IMG/VR virus record: IMGVR_UViG_3300042290_000544
Length of the DNA stretch: 64,000 bases
DNA from: a virus
Reading direction: 5' to 3' (one strand)
In this document: piece after piece, positions 52,977 through 63,886 of the stretch
Layout of the letters: each line of letters starts with the position of its first letter
How positions within the stretch are numbered: position 1 is the first letter of the stretch
Notes under the pieces: model-generated
Told to the model about the DNA's origin: nothing
Database searches by the model: none
Seen by the model: the letters and a program-made list of their open reading frames with translations, nothing else
Program-made: the position numbers and the translations under genes

Positions 52977-53645
52977 TTAAGCGAACGTCGAAGTTTTTTC
53001 CAGAGCAATCCAATACTCCACCGGGAGTGTGGTATGCTTTAGATGAGAGATCAATTTAGAACTAATCTCTACCGTGTAGTCACCAGAAACCATTTTCAGG
53101 TTGGAGATGACCATGATGAATGAGAAAACCTCTTTGCAAGCATTGTTCTCATCAACCACGATGGAGTATTTATTCGCAGAGGCATTCTTTGCATCGGTAA
53201 GATTTACAATAATTTTGCCATTTTCGCCCTTGATTTCAATGTTGGCGTGTCCGAGGACTGCTGACGCCTTACGAATCTTGTTGAGGGTGTCTTCGGAAAG
53301 AATGAAGGTGACTTCTGGATTCGGCATGGTTACCTGCTTGGACGGAGCCGTAAGAAGGTCCATGGAAGCATAGAAGTACCGAATGGAAGTCTTTCCATCC
53401 TTAATTGTAATCGAATCGTCGCTGAATGACAACTCTGGATCGTCTACAAGAGTGAGTGTGGAAAGGAATTCATTCAGGTCATAGATACCAAATTCCTGAG
53501 GAAAGGTCTCGGCGACTGTGGCGGATGCCATGATGTTCTTGGCTTCCGCGATTGTAGCAATAGAACTGCCAGCCTTGAATACCATATTCGGATTAATTCC
53601 GGCAAAGTTTTTAAGGAGCTTGATTGTATTTTCTGATAGTTTCAT
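52977..53645 (-). CDS. 45: Sliding clamp (gp45)
   Basis: MKLS..T..LLKNFA.IN, FGIYDLNEFL, YWIALE. Confidence 0.95.
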   Translation of the reverse strand: MKLSENTIKLLKNFAGINPNMVFKAGSSIATIAEAKNIMASATVAETFPQEFGIYDLNEFLSTLTLVDDPELSFSDDSITIKDGKTSIRYFYASMDLLTAPSKQVTMPNPEVTFILSEDTLNKIRKASAVLGHANIEIKGENGKIIVNLTDAKNASANKYSIVVDENNACKEVFSFIMVISNLKMVSGDYTVEISSKLISHLKHTTLPVEYWIALEKTSTFA

Positions 53646-53648
53646 AAC

Positions 53649-53975
53649 TTAAAAAGCTGTGGCTGCGTGTCCCGTATCATGTTCGTAAAGGAAAAAGAGG
53701 CACGCGGCTGCGTGTCCCAGGTGATGTCGGCCTGTTTCAAGATCGAAACGCTCACCACGTTTCCATGCCCAGAGATGGCGTTGGAGTGCATCGAAATACC
53801 GACGTTCGGCTTCTGGTACATGTCTCCAATTTTCTCGGGCATATTTCTTGGCTCCGATGGTAAGAACCTGCGCCAGTTCCTCAAGCGCAAACGGCGGAAT
53901 CAAACCGTATTCCGGCTTGTCCGAATCATATTTGAGACCTTCGAGGGGAGACTGTTGCTCGATTTGTTGTTCCAT
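53649..53975 (-). CDS. dATP/dGTP diphosphohydrolase-domain protein
   Basis: G.KYD..KP, GAKKY..ENW, A..RH, D.ETG..HL.HA. Confidence 0.85.
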   Translation of the reverse strand: MEQQIEQQSPLEGLKYDSDKPEYGLIPPFALEELAQVLTIGAKKYARENWRHVPEAERRYFDALQRHLWAWKRGERFDLETGRHHLGHAAACLFFLYEHDTGHAATAF

Positions 53976-54030
53976 GGAAAAGGAAAAGGGCTGCAGGGTG
54001 TTGAGTCCTGCAGCCTCTGTAGTTCACTTA

Positions 54031-54261
54031 TTAGACGCTGGCAAGAGCCTTGGTATCGAGACGGTACTTATAGACCGTTTGACCTTGGGCATTCTTACGG
54101 CGGTTCGTGTAGATGGGGAGACCATCGTCACGAAGTTGAGCTACGACCGCAGATGGGTTCGCGATGCTGAGGCGCTTTGAGGCTTCGGCAATGGTAACCT
54201 CTGTGCCTTTGGCAAGAAGTTTAAACAGGCGAGCTTTCTGGGTGGATGTATTGCTATTCAT
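54031..54261 (-). CDS. Winged helix-turn-helix protein
   Basis: T..EA......N..A.V..LR..G..I.T...YRL. Confidence 0.7.
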   Translation of the reverse strand: MNSNTSTQKARLFKLLAKGTEVTIAEASKRLSIANPSAVVAQLRDDGLPIYTNRRKNAQGQTVYKYRLDTKALASV

Positions 54262-54381
54262 ATTATCTATCTTTCAGTTTGGTCCTATTGTTTTAGTTGC
54301 TTATGATTGAAGGGACCAATTCAACCATAAGAGAATCATATACTGTTGCTTGTGTTTGTAAACAACAAAGTGAATTTATTT

Positions 54382-55551
54382 TCAGGCCGCGGGTTGAGCG
54401 ACTTCTGGAGCCGGTACCACTGGAGTGGCTGCTGGAACTGGATTCACAGAAGCATCAATCTTGGAGTAAAGGTCGGCAAAGGCGATTTTGGTATCATCGT
54501 CGAACCGAGAGATACACATATTGATCGACTTGAGCCGGTCGCGGAAGATGGAGAAGGTGTGTGCAATATGGCACAGGCGACGAGTGGAAATCACTTCGTC
54601 AACACCGCCATCCGCAAACGTTTTGCGAATGACTTCCGACCAGGTTACAAGACGGTCGGCAAACTCTTCGTCAACGGCATTGTACTTTTCCATGTGCTTC
54701 ACAACGATTTTGCGTTCGGTGGCCAATGGTGGGTACGTCTGCTCGATGGTGCATACAAAGCGTTCCAGGAAGGCTTCGTCGATAACCGTAGCAGCCACAA
54801 ACCGACCATCCTCGGAACCCTTGCCCTTGGTATTTGCGGTAGCAATTACATTGAACCCGGGAGCCGGACGAATGACCTCGCCAGTCTTTTTGATCAGAAT
54901 GGGCTTACCTTCAAGGACGCCTTGGAGACACATGATTTTGTTGCTGGAACGGTCGATTTCGTCGACGAGAAGGATTGCACCACGTTCCATGGCCTTCACC
55001 ACGGGGCCCTTGGCAAACACAGTCTCGCCGTTAAGAAGGCGGAAGCCACCGATAAGATCGTCTTCGTCGGTTTCTGGTGAAATCTGAACACGAATGTACT
55101 CGCGGTCGGCAGCCGCGCAGGCTTGTTCGACCATCATGGTTTTGCCATTGCCCGACAGACCCGCAATAAAGATGGGATAGAATGACCGCGATTTAACCAC
55201 GGTGGAAATGTCGGAGAATTCACCCCAACGAATATAGGTGGGGTCGCTTTGCGGAACGTAGGCGTCGGTATTGACGATTGAATTTACAGAGGTCGCCAGT
55301 TTCATCGTGGCGGGAGCCGGAGTCATAGGAACCACTTGGGAAACGGTGGTCGACGTGGTAGGGCGAAGGAGAGTGGTATAGTCATACGTACCCTTGTGGA
55401 CGCGGTAGGCATCTGCAAAGATGTCGCTGTAGTTCTTATAGACGAAACCATGGGTTGCAGCCACGGCGTCGATGACTTTACGGCGGAACACCGTAACGTC
55501 GGGATGAAGCTCCTTAAGGGAAGCGAGGATAGTGAGGGATGCTGATTTCAT
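54382..55551 (-). CDS. MoxR/CobS-like AAA+ ATPase
   Basis: GLSGNGKT, ETDEDDLIGG, LVDEID, ATANTKG.G, EAFLERF, ISTRRL. Confidence 0.9.
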   Translation of the reverse strand: MKSASLTILASLKELHPDVTVFRRKVIDAVAATHGFVYKNYSDIFADAYRVHKGTYDYTTLLRPTTSTTVSQVVPMTPAPATMKLATSVNSIVNTDAYVPQSDPTYIRWGEFSDISTVVKSRSFYPIFIAGLSGNGKTMMVEQACAAADREYIRVQISPETDEDDLIGGFRLLNGETVFAKGPVVKAMERGAILLVDEIDRSSNKIMCLQGVLEGKPILIKKTGEVIRPAPGFNVIATANTKGKGSEDGRFVAATVIDEAFLERFVCTIEQTYPPLATERKIVVKHMEKYNAVDEEFADRLVTWSEVIRKTFADGGVDEVISTRRLCHIAHTFSIFRDRLKSINMCISRFDDDTKIAFADLYSKIDASVNPVPAATPVVPAPEVAQPAA

Positions 55552-55651
55552 AATATAGAAGGTCAATTAATTTGTTATAGTACTATCATACATTAAACCG
55601 TATGAAAGTAAATCACTTAGATTGTTCTAAGTTGTTGATAGTCAATAATCG

Positions 55652-57892
55652 TTAGGAAATTGTTTCGGCAAACTTAGAAACGAACACTCGATTTACTTGT
55701 TTTGACCTGGAGAATTCGGAGAAAGCCTTGGCCATCCTGGAGCGGGTCATGTCCGAAGTGATGTTGAAATCTTCGTCCTCGGTATCAAGGTCGGAGCCAG
55801 AAGCAACAACAAAGTATTGATCGTAACCGAAACCATTCTCAATGGCAACCGATTTGTTTTTCTTGTAGTCCTTGGACAGTTTGGTCTGCCAGAGGGTGTA
55901 GGCGGTATGATGGTCGGTCTTTTTTGGACGGCTTACAAGCGCATTAATTACATCCCGTTGGGCACTTGAAGTGTTGGAAGGAATGAAGAAACCAATGGTT
56001 TTAGTACCAGTGGTAATACGCAGATTTCTGATTAGCTCTGCGCTAAGGGCTTCACCGCGAGGAGATTTCACGCGGCGACCGTTGAGCGTAAAGTTAAGGT
56101 TGGTTTCATACCCAGCTTGCGAACGATTTTCATCATAAGATTTATTTAAAAATGTACGCATATGTTGCCCTTCGCCGTCGGTAAGGAATACCGTGGTCAT
56201 TTTCTGAACTTTATGTTTTTGTTTGAATTTGGTGACGAGGTCGTGCGCAGCAATAATGGTCTCATTCAGAGGGGTATTGCCAAGACGTTCGTATTTGGAT
56301 TGAACGTAATTGCTTTGGGTTTGTTCGAAGAGCCCGTGGAGGGCTTTTTGATATTGATTCTTGGACATTGAAGAGTTAATGAGGTCGAGAATGACAACAC
56401 TGTCGACAATGATTTCGCCGTCCTTACGACCACTATTTTGATCGTATGCATTTACATAAGGGCGCGAGTCGTTGTCGCCGGTAAAACCATAGACCTGGAA
56501 GGGGATACCAGTGGCTTTGCAGAACATGCTGAGATTGATCACGTGTTTCAGAACGTATTTGATCACCTCGTTCATCGAATAAGAGTAGTCGATGAACATC
56601 ATCATGCCATGGCTTTTTGCATTGGCCAATTGGGTTACACTCAGAAAAATGTCGTCGGTGACTTTGTAACCGTGTAGTTTGTTGACATTTAGGATGCCAG
56701 TCTGAGCCACGGTTGCGCGGTTATACTGATATGCGGCTTTGCGCATCTCGAATTCCTTACCCAGCACGCCAACAAACTTCTTGGTGCTCGCAATAAATTC
56801 GGCATATTCCTTGGAGTACGTTGGACGAGTACCACCGTAAATAGAAATTTGCTTTTGCCAAGCGGCATCGCGGTCGGCGGTAATGGTCTCATTTGAGATA
56901 ACCGTTGCAGCCAAATCGCGTTTTGATGGAGGGGTGCAATAGTTTGTAGTACGAACCGACTCGCTGGTATCGACAAGACTCTTGGCTTGTTTTTCAAAGT
57001 GAGAGTTGGTCGTAATTTCTGGAACGGTACCGTAGTGATTCGGGTCGAATTCCGACTTGGGAGCAGCATCTGCTTTTTGTTCGTTACCATTGGTGTCCTG
57101 GGTAGGAGCAGATTGATCCTTTGAGGGCTTGCCCATAAGGTCGTCGATGGCTTTTTCGATAGCATCCTTAAGGTCGGCATCACCGTCCTTGGATTTATCG
57201 TCGTTGCCAGCAGCGTCGGCTTGGTTTTCACCCGGCTCGCCTTGCATGGGCTCGCCTTGAGCCGAAGGGTCGGCTTCCCGCTGTTGGTTGCCGGGCTGTT
57301 CGGTTTTATTTGCACGCGGCTCGGTAGCTTTAGGATTCTCCTCGGCTTGAGCCTGAGCCAAATTTTGAAGCGCAATGGCAGCAGCCACAACGTCGTCCCA
57401 GGTCTGTACAGCCATCACCTGATTTACAACGGCTTGCTCATCCGAAGAAAAAGCAATGTTGATGGAAGAAGCCAATTTGGCTTTGAGATTGACACGGTCG
57501 CCGATGGCAAGAGCCTGAACGTCTTTGCCTTTGATGCCGAAGAAATCCTCGGTATTGAGCACGTCATAACCGCGGCGGAAGGAACCGACGAGGCCGGGAT
57601 ACGTGGCACGAATCATTTTCTCGATCCGCACATCCTCAACGATATTGAGGTAGTCCTTGCGGCAGGGAAGTTTGCCGTCCAAAGCATCGCGTGGAGTGTA
57701 AAGGGCGTGACCGACCTCGTGACCAACCAACAGATCGTACACATCCTTGCCTTTGTCTTTCCACACTGGAAGACCAAGCACGCGGTTTTTGACGTCGAAG
57801 AAAGCCGTCTGAAACTTGCCGTGTTGAACAGAAATGTTCTCCTTGGAAAGCAGGCGAGCCAGCATTGATTGTTGTTCTGATCCGTTATTCAT
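55652..57892 (-). CDS. Metallopeptidase-like/vWA partner of the MoxR ATPase
   Basis: GHEVGHAL, N..ED.RIE; IDYSYSM, TPL, LTDGE. Confidence 0.85.
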   Translation of the reverse strand: MNNGSEQQSMLARLLSKENISVQHGKFQTAFFDVKNRVLGLPVWKDKGKDVYDLLVGHEVGHALYTPRDALDGKLPCRKDYLNIVEDVRIEKMIRATYPGLVGSFRRGYDVLNTEDFFGIKGKDVQALAIGDRVNLKAKLASSINIAFSSDEQAVVNQVMAVQTWDDVVAAAIALQNLAQAQAEENPKATEPRANKTEQPGNQQREADPSAQGEPMQGEPGENQADAAGNDDKSKDGDADLKDAIEKAIDDLMGKPSKDQSAPTQDTNGNEQKADAAPKSEFDPNHYGTVPEITTNSHFEKQAKSLVDTSESVRTTNYCTPPSKRDLAATVISNETITADRDAAWQKQISIYGGTRPTYSKEYAEFIASTKKFVGVLGKEFEMRKAAYQYNRATVAQTGILNVNKLHGYKVTDDIFLSVTQLANAKSHGMMMFIDYSYSMNEVIKYVLKHVINLSMFCKATGIPFQVYGFTGDNDSRPYVNAYDQNSGRKDGEIIVDSVVILDLINSSMSKNQYQKALHGLFEQTQSNYVQSKYERLGNTPLNETIIAAHDLVTKFKQKHKVQKMTTVFLTDGEGQHMRTFLNKSYDENRSQAGYETNLNFTLNGRRVKSPRGEALSAELIRNLRITTGTKTIGFFIPSNTSSAQRDVINALVSRPKKTDHHTAYTLWQTKLSKDYKKNKSVAIENGFGYDQYFVVASGSDLDTEDEDFNITSDMTRSRMAKAFSEFSRSKQVNRVFVSKFAETIS

Positions 57893-57995
57893 TATGGTAC
57901 TACTATATGTTAAAAACACATAGAAGTAAAACAAATAATGACGGAATGGCGTACACTAAAACTAAGTGTAATACCATCAATAACTTATGCTTATT

Positions 57996-59705
57996 TTACT
58001 TACAGTGGCTAAAGTTCTTTTCCTTGTAGAACTCTAGTTTTGCGCTGAATTTACCGTCCAAAGCGTCGGTTTTGTGGCTGATAATGAAGACGTTCGTGTT
58101 GTCCTCAAGAGTCTTTAGAATCTTAATGAGGTTCTCCACACCATCGGAATCCATACTGGAATCGAAGGTTTCATCCAGAATCAATAGATTTGTGGAAATA
58201 GAGTTCTTCATACGGGCAATCTGGCGCCATGTGAAGAGAAGGGCAAGGTCGATCCGTTGTTTCTCGCCTTCCGAAAAGGAAGCATAGGAGAAGTCATCGC
58301 GGTGGCGTGAACGAATGGTCTCATTGAAGGCTTCATCAAGATTGAATGAAACAAAGAAGTCCAACACCTGAAGGTAGCCATTAATGAGCTTATTCATTAC
58401 CGGTAGATACTGACGAATGACCTTGGTCTTGATGCCCGTGTCCTTCAGCATTTCGGAGATGGCTTGATTGTAAGTACCTTCCTCATAATAACCGGCGCGG
58501 CGGTCATTCAGTTCACCCGAATTTGAATTTAAAGTAGAGAGCGCAGTTTCGGCAGAAGCAATGTCGGTATTCTTACTCTTGGCAGATTCAGCTTCCAATA
58601 GTTTGATTTGCTTCTGGATCGACGACACCGTCATATTGTTCGAAAGGATTATGTTATTCAGCTTTGAATAATCATTCAACTTTTCGGCAGTGGCATTAAT
58701 TCCATTGCTAACAGTATTCAACTCATTAATAAGATCATTTCTTGCCTGAGACAGTTCATCGTTCTTTAGTTTTACCTTACCCAGCTTTTCTTCCTTAAAT
58801 GCAGCATTGAGCACCTGAGAACACGTTGGGCAATTGTTGTTCTCCTCATAGAACTTGGCGTCACGGACCAATGCTTTAATCTTAGCTTCGATCTGGGTCT
58901 GATACGTCGCCAACTTATTCTTTGTGTTTGTAAGCCTGAGTGATTCTTTCTTTACGGTATCAATGTCGGTACCTATGGTCTTATTGATACCATCGTTTTC
59001 CGATATAAGTTCATCAATCTCCTTCTGAAGCTCTTGAATCTGTATCACATTCTTTGCGACATTCTCGGCATCAAGGTTCTTAAGATCACCAATGTACTTC
59101 TCCTGCATCTTAATCTTTTCACGAACAAGATCAATTTCATAGTTGGTGTTGGTGAGCAGTTCTCTTAGCTTGGCACTGCGCTCTTTAAGCACAATGTTCA
59201 TCTTGGTGAAGATGTTAATGTCCAATAGGTCCTCAATCACCTCTCTGCGCGCATTATTGGGTAGCTGCATGAAAGGAACAAAAGAAGATGAACCGAGTAC
59301 CACAATCTGGTGGAACGACTTATGGTTCAGCTTGAGAATGTTTTGCTCAAGGATTTTCTGGTAGTCACGACTATGTGACTCCTGGTTAATAAGGACGGTA
59401 TTCTGGTAGATTTCAAAGATACCAGGTTTTAGACCGCGGACAATACGGAAGGCAGTTGGACCGACATTAAACTCCACCTCAACGATACAGTCTCTATTGT
59501 TAATTGAATTGACCAACTGTGGCTTATTAATGTCGCGGTGAGGTTTACCAAAGAGCGCAAATGAGAGTGCGTCGAGGATCGTAGATTTACCCGAACCATT
59601 ATGCCCCACAATAAGCGTGGTGGGGCTTTTCAATAGGTCAATGCTGGTAAAGTAATCACCCGTCGAAAGGAAGTTTTTGTATTTAAGAGACTTGAAAACA
59701 ATCAT
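57996..59705 (-). CDS. 46: Recombination endonuclease ATPase subunit (gp46)
   Basis: GHNGSGKST, CPTC hook, FSEGEK, ILDE. Confidence 0.95.
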   Translation of the reverse strand: MIVFKSLKYKNFLSTGDYFTSIDLLKSPTTLIVGHNGSGKSTILDALSFALFGKPHRDINKPQLVNSINNRDCIVEVEFNVGPTAFRIVRGLKPGIFEIYQNTVLINQESHSRDYQKILEQNILKLNHKSFHQIVVLGSSSFVPFMQLPNNARREVIEDLLDINIFTKMNIVLKERSAKLRELLTNTNYEIDLVREKIKMQEKYIGDLKNLDAENVAKNVIQIQELQKEIDELISENDGINKTIGTDIDTVKKESLRLTNTKNKLATYQTQIEAKIKALVRDAKFYEENNNCPTCSQVLNAAFKEEKLGKVKLKNDELSQARNDLINELNTVSNGINATAEKLNDYSKLNNIILSNNMTVSSIQKQIKLLEAESAKSKNTDIASAETALSTLNSNSGELNDRRAGYYEEGTYNQAISEMLKDTGIKTKVIRQYLPVMNKLINGYLQVLDFFVSFNLDEAFNETIRSRHRDDFSYASFSEGEKQRIDLALLFTWRQIARMKNSISTNLLILDETFDSSMDSDGVENLIKILKTLEDNTNVFIISHKTDALDGKFSAKLEFYKEKNFSHCK

Positions 59706-60763
59706 ACTATTTCTAAATTTTGAGCTTCGGCGTAGAGTTCTCTTAGTTTTGACTTTAGCGCATCCTTATTGAGGGATGTTTCTGCTGCGTCGACATAAGT
59801 ATTTAACAACTCTCCGGTATCCGATATAGACTCTAACGCATCCTGCTCAACATTGGAAGCCAAAAATTCGTCAAAGTTTTCGGCAATCTTAATTTCATGA
59901 ATCGGACGCTTTTGAAGCCGATCAAGGAATCGGTCAAATTTAAAGAGGTCCTTCTTTGATTTAACCACGACCTTAACAAAGTGATGATCAAAGGTACTTA
60001 CATCGATACCATCAACATCATATTTCTCATCATACATGAACTTTGAGAAGATCGTGAGAGGGTTTCTCACTGGAGTAATTTCCCGGGTCTCCGTATCAAA
60101 TACATGGAAATACTTTGGGTCATCCACATCTGCCCACGTCATTTCAAACTGTGTACCGAGATAGTGGACATTGCCCTTGGTCGATTTAGTATGGTAATGT
60201 CCCGAAAGTACCGCTTCAAAGCGTTTAAATACATCGGCAGATTCACCGTGGGTCGCTTGTACACCAGGTTGCATATCAAAGCCCGCAAGTTCCAAGTGCG
60301 CACCCAGGATAGGAGCATCACAGGTCTGGATGAAATTCATTGACTCTGCATGGTTCTCTGGATTGATCCATGGAAGCATTGCAATCTTGCAGGAGCCATA
60401 CTGCATTACCCGTGGAGTCATAATGATATTGATGTTATTTACAAAGTAACCAAGGAGCTCTTTCAGTGAGCAAAGGTCATTCGTATTCTTGTACACCACA
60501 TCATGGTTACCAGGGATAATATCCATCATCATTCCCCGTGCGACCATAGGTTCCAGGAACGTCTTACGGTTATGGTTCAGCGCAGTAAAGTTAATGTACT
60601 TTCGATGATCATAGAAGTCACCAAGATGAAGAATCTGTTTAATGCCATTCTTGTCGCAATAAGGAAAGAACACTTCATTGTAGAATTTGGCAAAGTAGTC
60701 GAGAAAGATACCTGAAGCATTTCTGGCACCGGTGTGGCTATCATTTAGTACGGCTATTTTCAT
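59702..60763 (-). CDS. 47: Recombination endonuclease nuclease subunit (gp47)
   Basis: DSH.G, HLGD..D, PGNHD, SGHYH. Confidence 0.95.
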   Translation of the reverse strand: MKIAVLNDSHTGARNASGIFLDYFAKFYNEVFFPYCDKNGIKQILHLGDFYDHRKYINFTALNHNRKTFLEPMVARGMMMDIIPGNHDVVYKNTNDLCSLKELLGYFVNNINIIMTPRVMQYGSCKIAMLPWINPENHAESMNFIQTCDAPILGAHLELAGFDMQPGVQATHGESADVFKRFEAVLSGHYHTKSTKGNVHYLGTQFEMTWADVDDPKYFHVFDTETREITPVRNPLTIFSKFMYDEKYDVDGIDVSTFDHHFVKVVVKSKKDLFKFDRFLDRLQKRPIHEIKIAENFDEFLASNVEQDALESISDTGELLNTYVDAAETSLNKDALKSKLRELYAEAQNLEIV

Positions 60764-61356
60764 ACTTCGGGCATAAAGAATTCAAGTTCCGTCTTTTCCT
60801 TCTTTTTGAATTCCTTTACTGCTTTATCTACTGTTTTTACCTTATCGATTCTATTCTTGAGGACATCAATGAAACCCGTCTCCACACCATAAGTGAATTC
60901 GGAACCGTTCAAGCTCTCCGACATAAAATCGGTAATACCTGCATGCTCGATGTAACGAGTTTTAATGTCTTGCTGCTTCTTCTCCTTCATGATTCTACGG
61001 ATGAAAGCATAGTAATTGATCTGAGTAAAGTAGGCAAAGGCATTAGGAGAACCAGTGCGTGTGGCAGCCTCAATATTGTAATTCATGATGGCCTTAATGC
61101 AGTTCTCCACTCCGTCCATTACCATTTCCTCACGGTAGGTATAGTGGATAAAATTAGGTTTATGAGACAGACCCTCTGCAATACGGAGGAAGCAACGCCC
61201 TATGTATTCCGTGATGCGTGGTATCTCCGTGCCAGCCTCTTTGGCTTTTTTAACCGAGTTGACATAATCAACTACGTTCTGTGAGAACTCACGGTTGTTA
61301 ACGTAATGAATTCCTTCTCTTTTGGAGGGCTTTAAAGGCTTTGTAATAGTTTCCAT
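60760..61356 (-). CDS. 55: Late-transcription sigma factor (gp55)
   Basis: HYVNN.EF, IAEGLSHKPNF, MV.DG.ENC, NAFAYFTQI. Confidence 0.95.
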   Translation of the reverse strand: METITKPLKPSKREGIHYVNNREFSQNVVDYVNSVKKAKEAGTEIPRITEYIGRCFLRIAEGLSHKPNFIHYTYREEMVMDGVENCIKAIMNYNIEAATRTGSPNAFAYFTQINYYAFIRRIMKEKKQQDIKTRYIEHAGITDFMSESLNGSEFTYGVETGFIDVLKNRIDKVKTVDKAVKEFKKKEKTELEFFMPEV

Positions 61357-61446
61357 AATTTTACTTATTCATAACATTACACCATTAGTCGCATATTGTA
61401 AATAACAAAAGATTAAACATTTATAAAAGGTAAACGCAAATTTGTT

Positions 61447-61491
61447 GTTTACATCTCCAAATTCATTGTTATAATGAATCTCTATTCAACT
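61447..61491 (+). promoter_or_regulatory. Orphan plus-strand promoter with conserved 24-nt element (copy 2)
   Basis: GTTTAC-N17-TATAAT; same 24-mer as 15756-15779. Confidence 0.65.
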
Positions 61492-61500
61492 TAAGGGATA

Positions 61501-61890
61501 CTAGTTCTTATGCCGGTCTTGGTCCGAATTAAACTTAAAATTCAATTGGTCGAGCCAGGACTCCTCTTTCTTCTTACCTGTTGGCTCCGGAACTTCCTCA
61601 TTGTGTCTCTGCGCCACAATTCTTGCGTATTCTTCCTTGGTTGTTTCATCTGGAATTGCAGCACTTAGAATGTGCATCTTCCGAATCATATGGATTCTTG
61701 AGTCGGTCCCTTGAAACCATGGAGAATAATAGGTTAAAGCCTTAATGCCTTCCGGCGTAGAATTGCTGATAATGTTAATCTGAAGAGGGTCTCGAATAAG
61801 GATGTTTTCATCTTGATCAGAAAGAACCTGACAGAGAAGCGAATCGCCAGAGGTGAGCTTTAGAATCATACAAAGGTCATACATGCTCAT
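61501..61890 (-). CDS. Hypothetical protein (Sm-like fold candidate)
   Basis: ILKL.SGD.L.C...I..PL...PW. Confidence 0.65.
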   Translation of the reverse strand: MSMYDLCMILKLTSGDSLLCQVLSDQDENILIRDPLQINIISNSTPEGIKALTYYSPWFQGTDSRIHMIRKMHILSAAIPDETTKEEYARIVAQRHNEEVPEPTGKKKEESWLDQLNFKFNSDQDRHKN

Positions 61891-63410
61891 AGTGAGACCT
61901 CATAGATTTTATAATTGAACTTTTCTTTGGAGTATAGTTTAATTCTTTCAGCAGCATGATCCAGTGTGTAGTTACGAGACTTCTTCCAATGAAGGTCATC
62001 GGCAATATCAAATACCTTTGTGGCGACTCCATTATCGGACTTACGCAAGCCACGTCCGATGGACTGAAGCACACGAATCTGAGATTTTGAAGGAGAAGCA
62101 AACACGATGTTGTGTAGGTTTCTTATATTTATACCTGTGGAAAATGTACCCATGGAAGCCACAATGATTGCGTCCTTCTCACCTTCAGTAATGGCACGGA
62201 TGCGTTCACGCTCATCGGTATCCACACTTCCAGAAACAAAGAATAGCTTACGAGTGCGGCGTGGCATTTCATTCAGCCTTTCATTAATCATCTCATAGAG
62301 AGGCTTCCCATGTTTCTCAACATAGTTGTAAAGTACAAGAGTGTTACCTTCCTGAGCAAGAGCCAGGTTCCGAATGAATTTATTCCGAGCCTCATTTGCA
62401 ACAATAAAGTCAATTTCTGCTTGATAGTCGAACTGCTTTGCTGCTTGGCATACCTCATCACTGTATTTCAGTAACAGCACGGAAATGTCAAGGTCGGAAA
62501 GAGCATTCTGTTCAATAAGTTCCTTCGTGCTAGTTACCTTATAGACGGGACCAAAGAGACCTTCAAGGACCAACTTATGTGTCTGCGTCCCGTCCAGTGT
62601 ACCAGTGGTACCAATACGGAACTTTGCATCTCTGAGTTTCTCCATGATGGAAGCCAAAGACTTAGCTTTAAAGTTGTGCGCCTCGTCTCCCATCACCATA
62701 CCGTATGGCTCAAACCACGTGGCTTGCATCTTGTAGATGGACTGCCATGTAGTAATAATGACGCGTTGACTAATGTTGATTTTCTCCTTACCCGAATAGA
62801 TTCTATGGCAGGTTTCCTCGACGCTCCACGATTCTTCAAGTGTTGCGTAGTCGGCAAAGTCTTTGTACATCTGTTCCACAAGCGAAGTTGTAGGTACAAT
62901 TAGCAATACTTTCTTATTGTATTTAGAAAGGTACCAACGGATCAGCACATAGATAATGAGTGACTTACCAGAAGCCGTCGGGCTCAACAAAAGTGTCTTC
63001 CAATGGCGAAGCGCGTGTGCAATGGCTTCGACCTGGTAATCACGAGGCTCAATAGACTTACCGTGGGCATAGAGATTCAGGCTGGCAATAAATTCGGCAA
63101 GCTCATTTGGTTCGATGAGTTCCTGCGTATGAGGTAGCCCGTAGTAAGGATCATCAACATACTCAATCTCACACTTACGAGTCTCCGCAAACTCTTTGAT
63201 GTAAGGCAGAAGACCGCCGTAGATGGTCTTTAGGCGAGCGTCAAAAAGCCGAATCTTTCCGTCCCATATCTTATTTTTGTAGGCTGGCATGAACTTATAG
63301 CCAGGAACGAAAAAGGTAAAGAATTCGGATAACTCATTCGCGATTGATGGTTCGCACTCGATATGGATATACACCTCATTCTTTTTGCGGATTTTAAGAA
63401 TGTCGGACAT
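61887..63410 (-). CDS. uvsW: DNA helicase UvsW
   Basis: PRDYQ, SPTASGKS, DEAH, TGTL, STGINI, LQSIGR.LR. Confidence 0.95.
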   Translation of the reverse strand: MSDILKIRKKNEVYIHIECEPSIANELSEFFTFFVPGYKFMPAYKNKIWDGKIRLFDARLKTIYGGLLPYIKEFAETRKCEIEYVDDPYYGLPHTQELIEPNELAEFIASLNLYAHGKSIEPRDYQVEAIAHALRHWKTLLLSPTASGKSLIIYVLIRWYLSKYNKKVLLIVPTTSLVEQMYKDFADYATLEESWSVEETCHRIYSGKEKINISQRVIITTWQSIYKMQATWFEPYGMVMGDEAHNFKAKSLASIMEKLRDAKFRIGTTGTLDGTQTHKLVLEGLFGPVYKVTSTKELIEQNALSDLDISVLLLKYSDEVCQAAKQFDYQAEIDFIVANEARNKFIRNLALAQEGNTLVLYNYVEKHGKPLYEMINERLNEMPRRTRKLFFVSGSVDTDERERIRAITEGEKDAIIVASMGTFSTGINIRNLHNIVFASPSKSQIRVLQSIGRGLRKSDNGVATKVFDIADDLHWKKSRNYTLDHAAERIKLYSKEKFNYKIYEVSL

Positions 63411-63411
63411 A

Positions 63412-63858
63412 TTAACCTCCGGATGTGAAGCGCCGCCAATCAATCATGTTCTTGATATGGGTATGGCGCCAGCGGAGTGTACCCATGATTTCTTCAAGGG
63501 TTTCCACCAGTGTCTTAAGGTAAATGATTTTTTCTTCCGACTTCTGAAGTTCGGTATCCGAGTTAAAGTAATACTCAAGGTCCGACTTCATGATTTTAAG
63601 CCCATTGAATGGGTCATATGGCCAACCGCGGACGGTCATTTCTTCTTGCGTCATCTTGCCATTGAAGTAGAGCCATTTGTCCTTGAGAAGGATTTTCTGG
63701 TCAAGCTCTTTCTTCTTGAGTTGCAGCTTCGTGATTGAGATTAGCTCAAGGTACTTTGCGTGGACCTTAGCCGTCTTCTGCGAAGCCTCGTCGAGATTCA
63801 TTTCATCAATCTCGGCATCTTTCTTCCACATTACCAATAGGTCATCAAGGTTTATCAT
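63412..63858 (-). CDS. uvsY: Recombination mediator UvsY
   Basis: W..D..ID...L, H.KYL, IKN.IDW.RF..G. Confidence 0.9.
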   Translation of the reverse strand: MINLDDLLVMWKKDAEIDEMNLDEASQKTAKVHAKYLELISITKLQLKKKELDQKILLKDKWLYFNGKMTQEEMTVRGWPYDPFNGLKIMKSDLEYYFNSDTELQKSEEKIIYLKTLVETLEEIMGTLRWRHTHIKNMIDWRRFTSGG

Positions 63859-63886
63859 AATATAGTATTATTTATCCTATCCTAGA

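Noticed and set aside
54346-57868. Long antisense or alternate-frame ORFs, and a cobalamin-biosynthesis reading of the CobS-like gene
   Set aside because: The ORFs are shadows of GC-richer genes; the MoxR/vWA pair is common in T4-like phages and no cob pathway is present.
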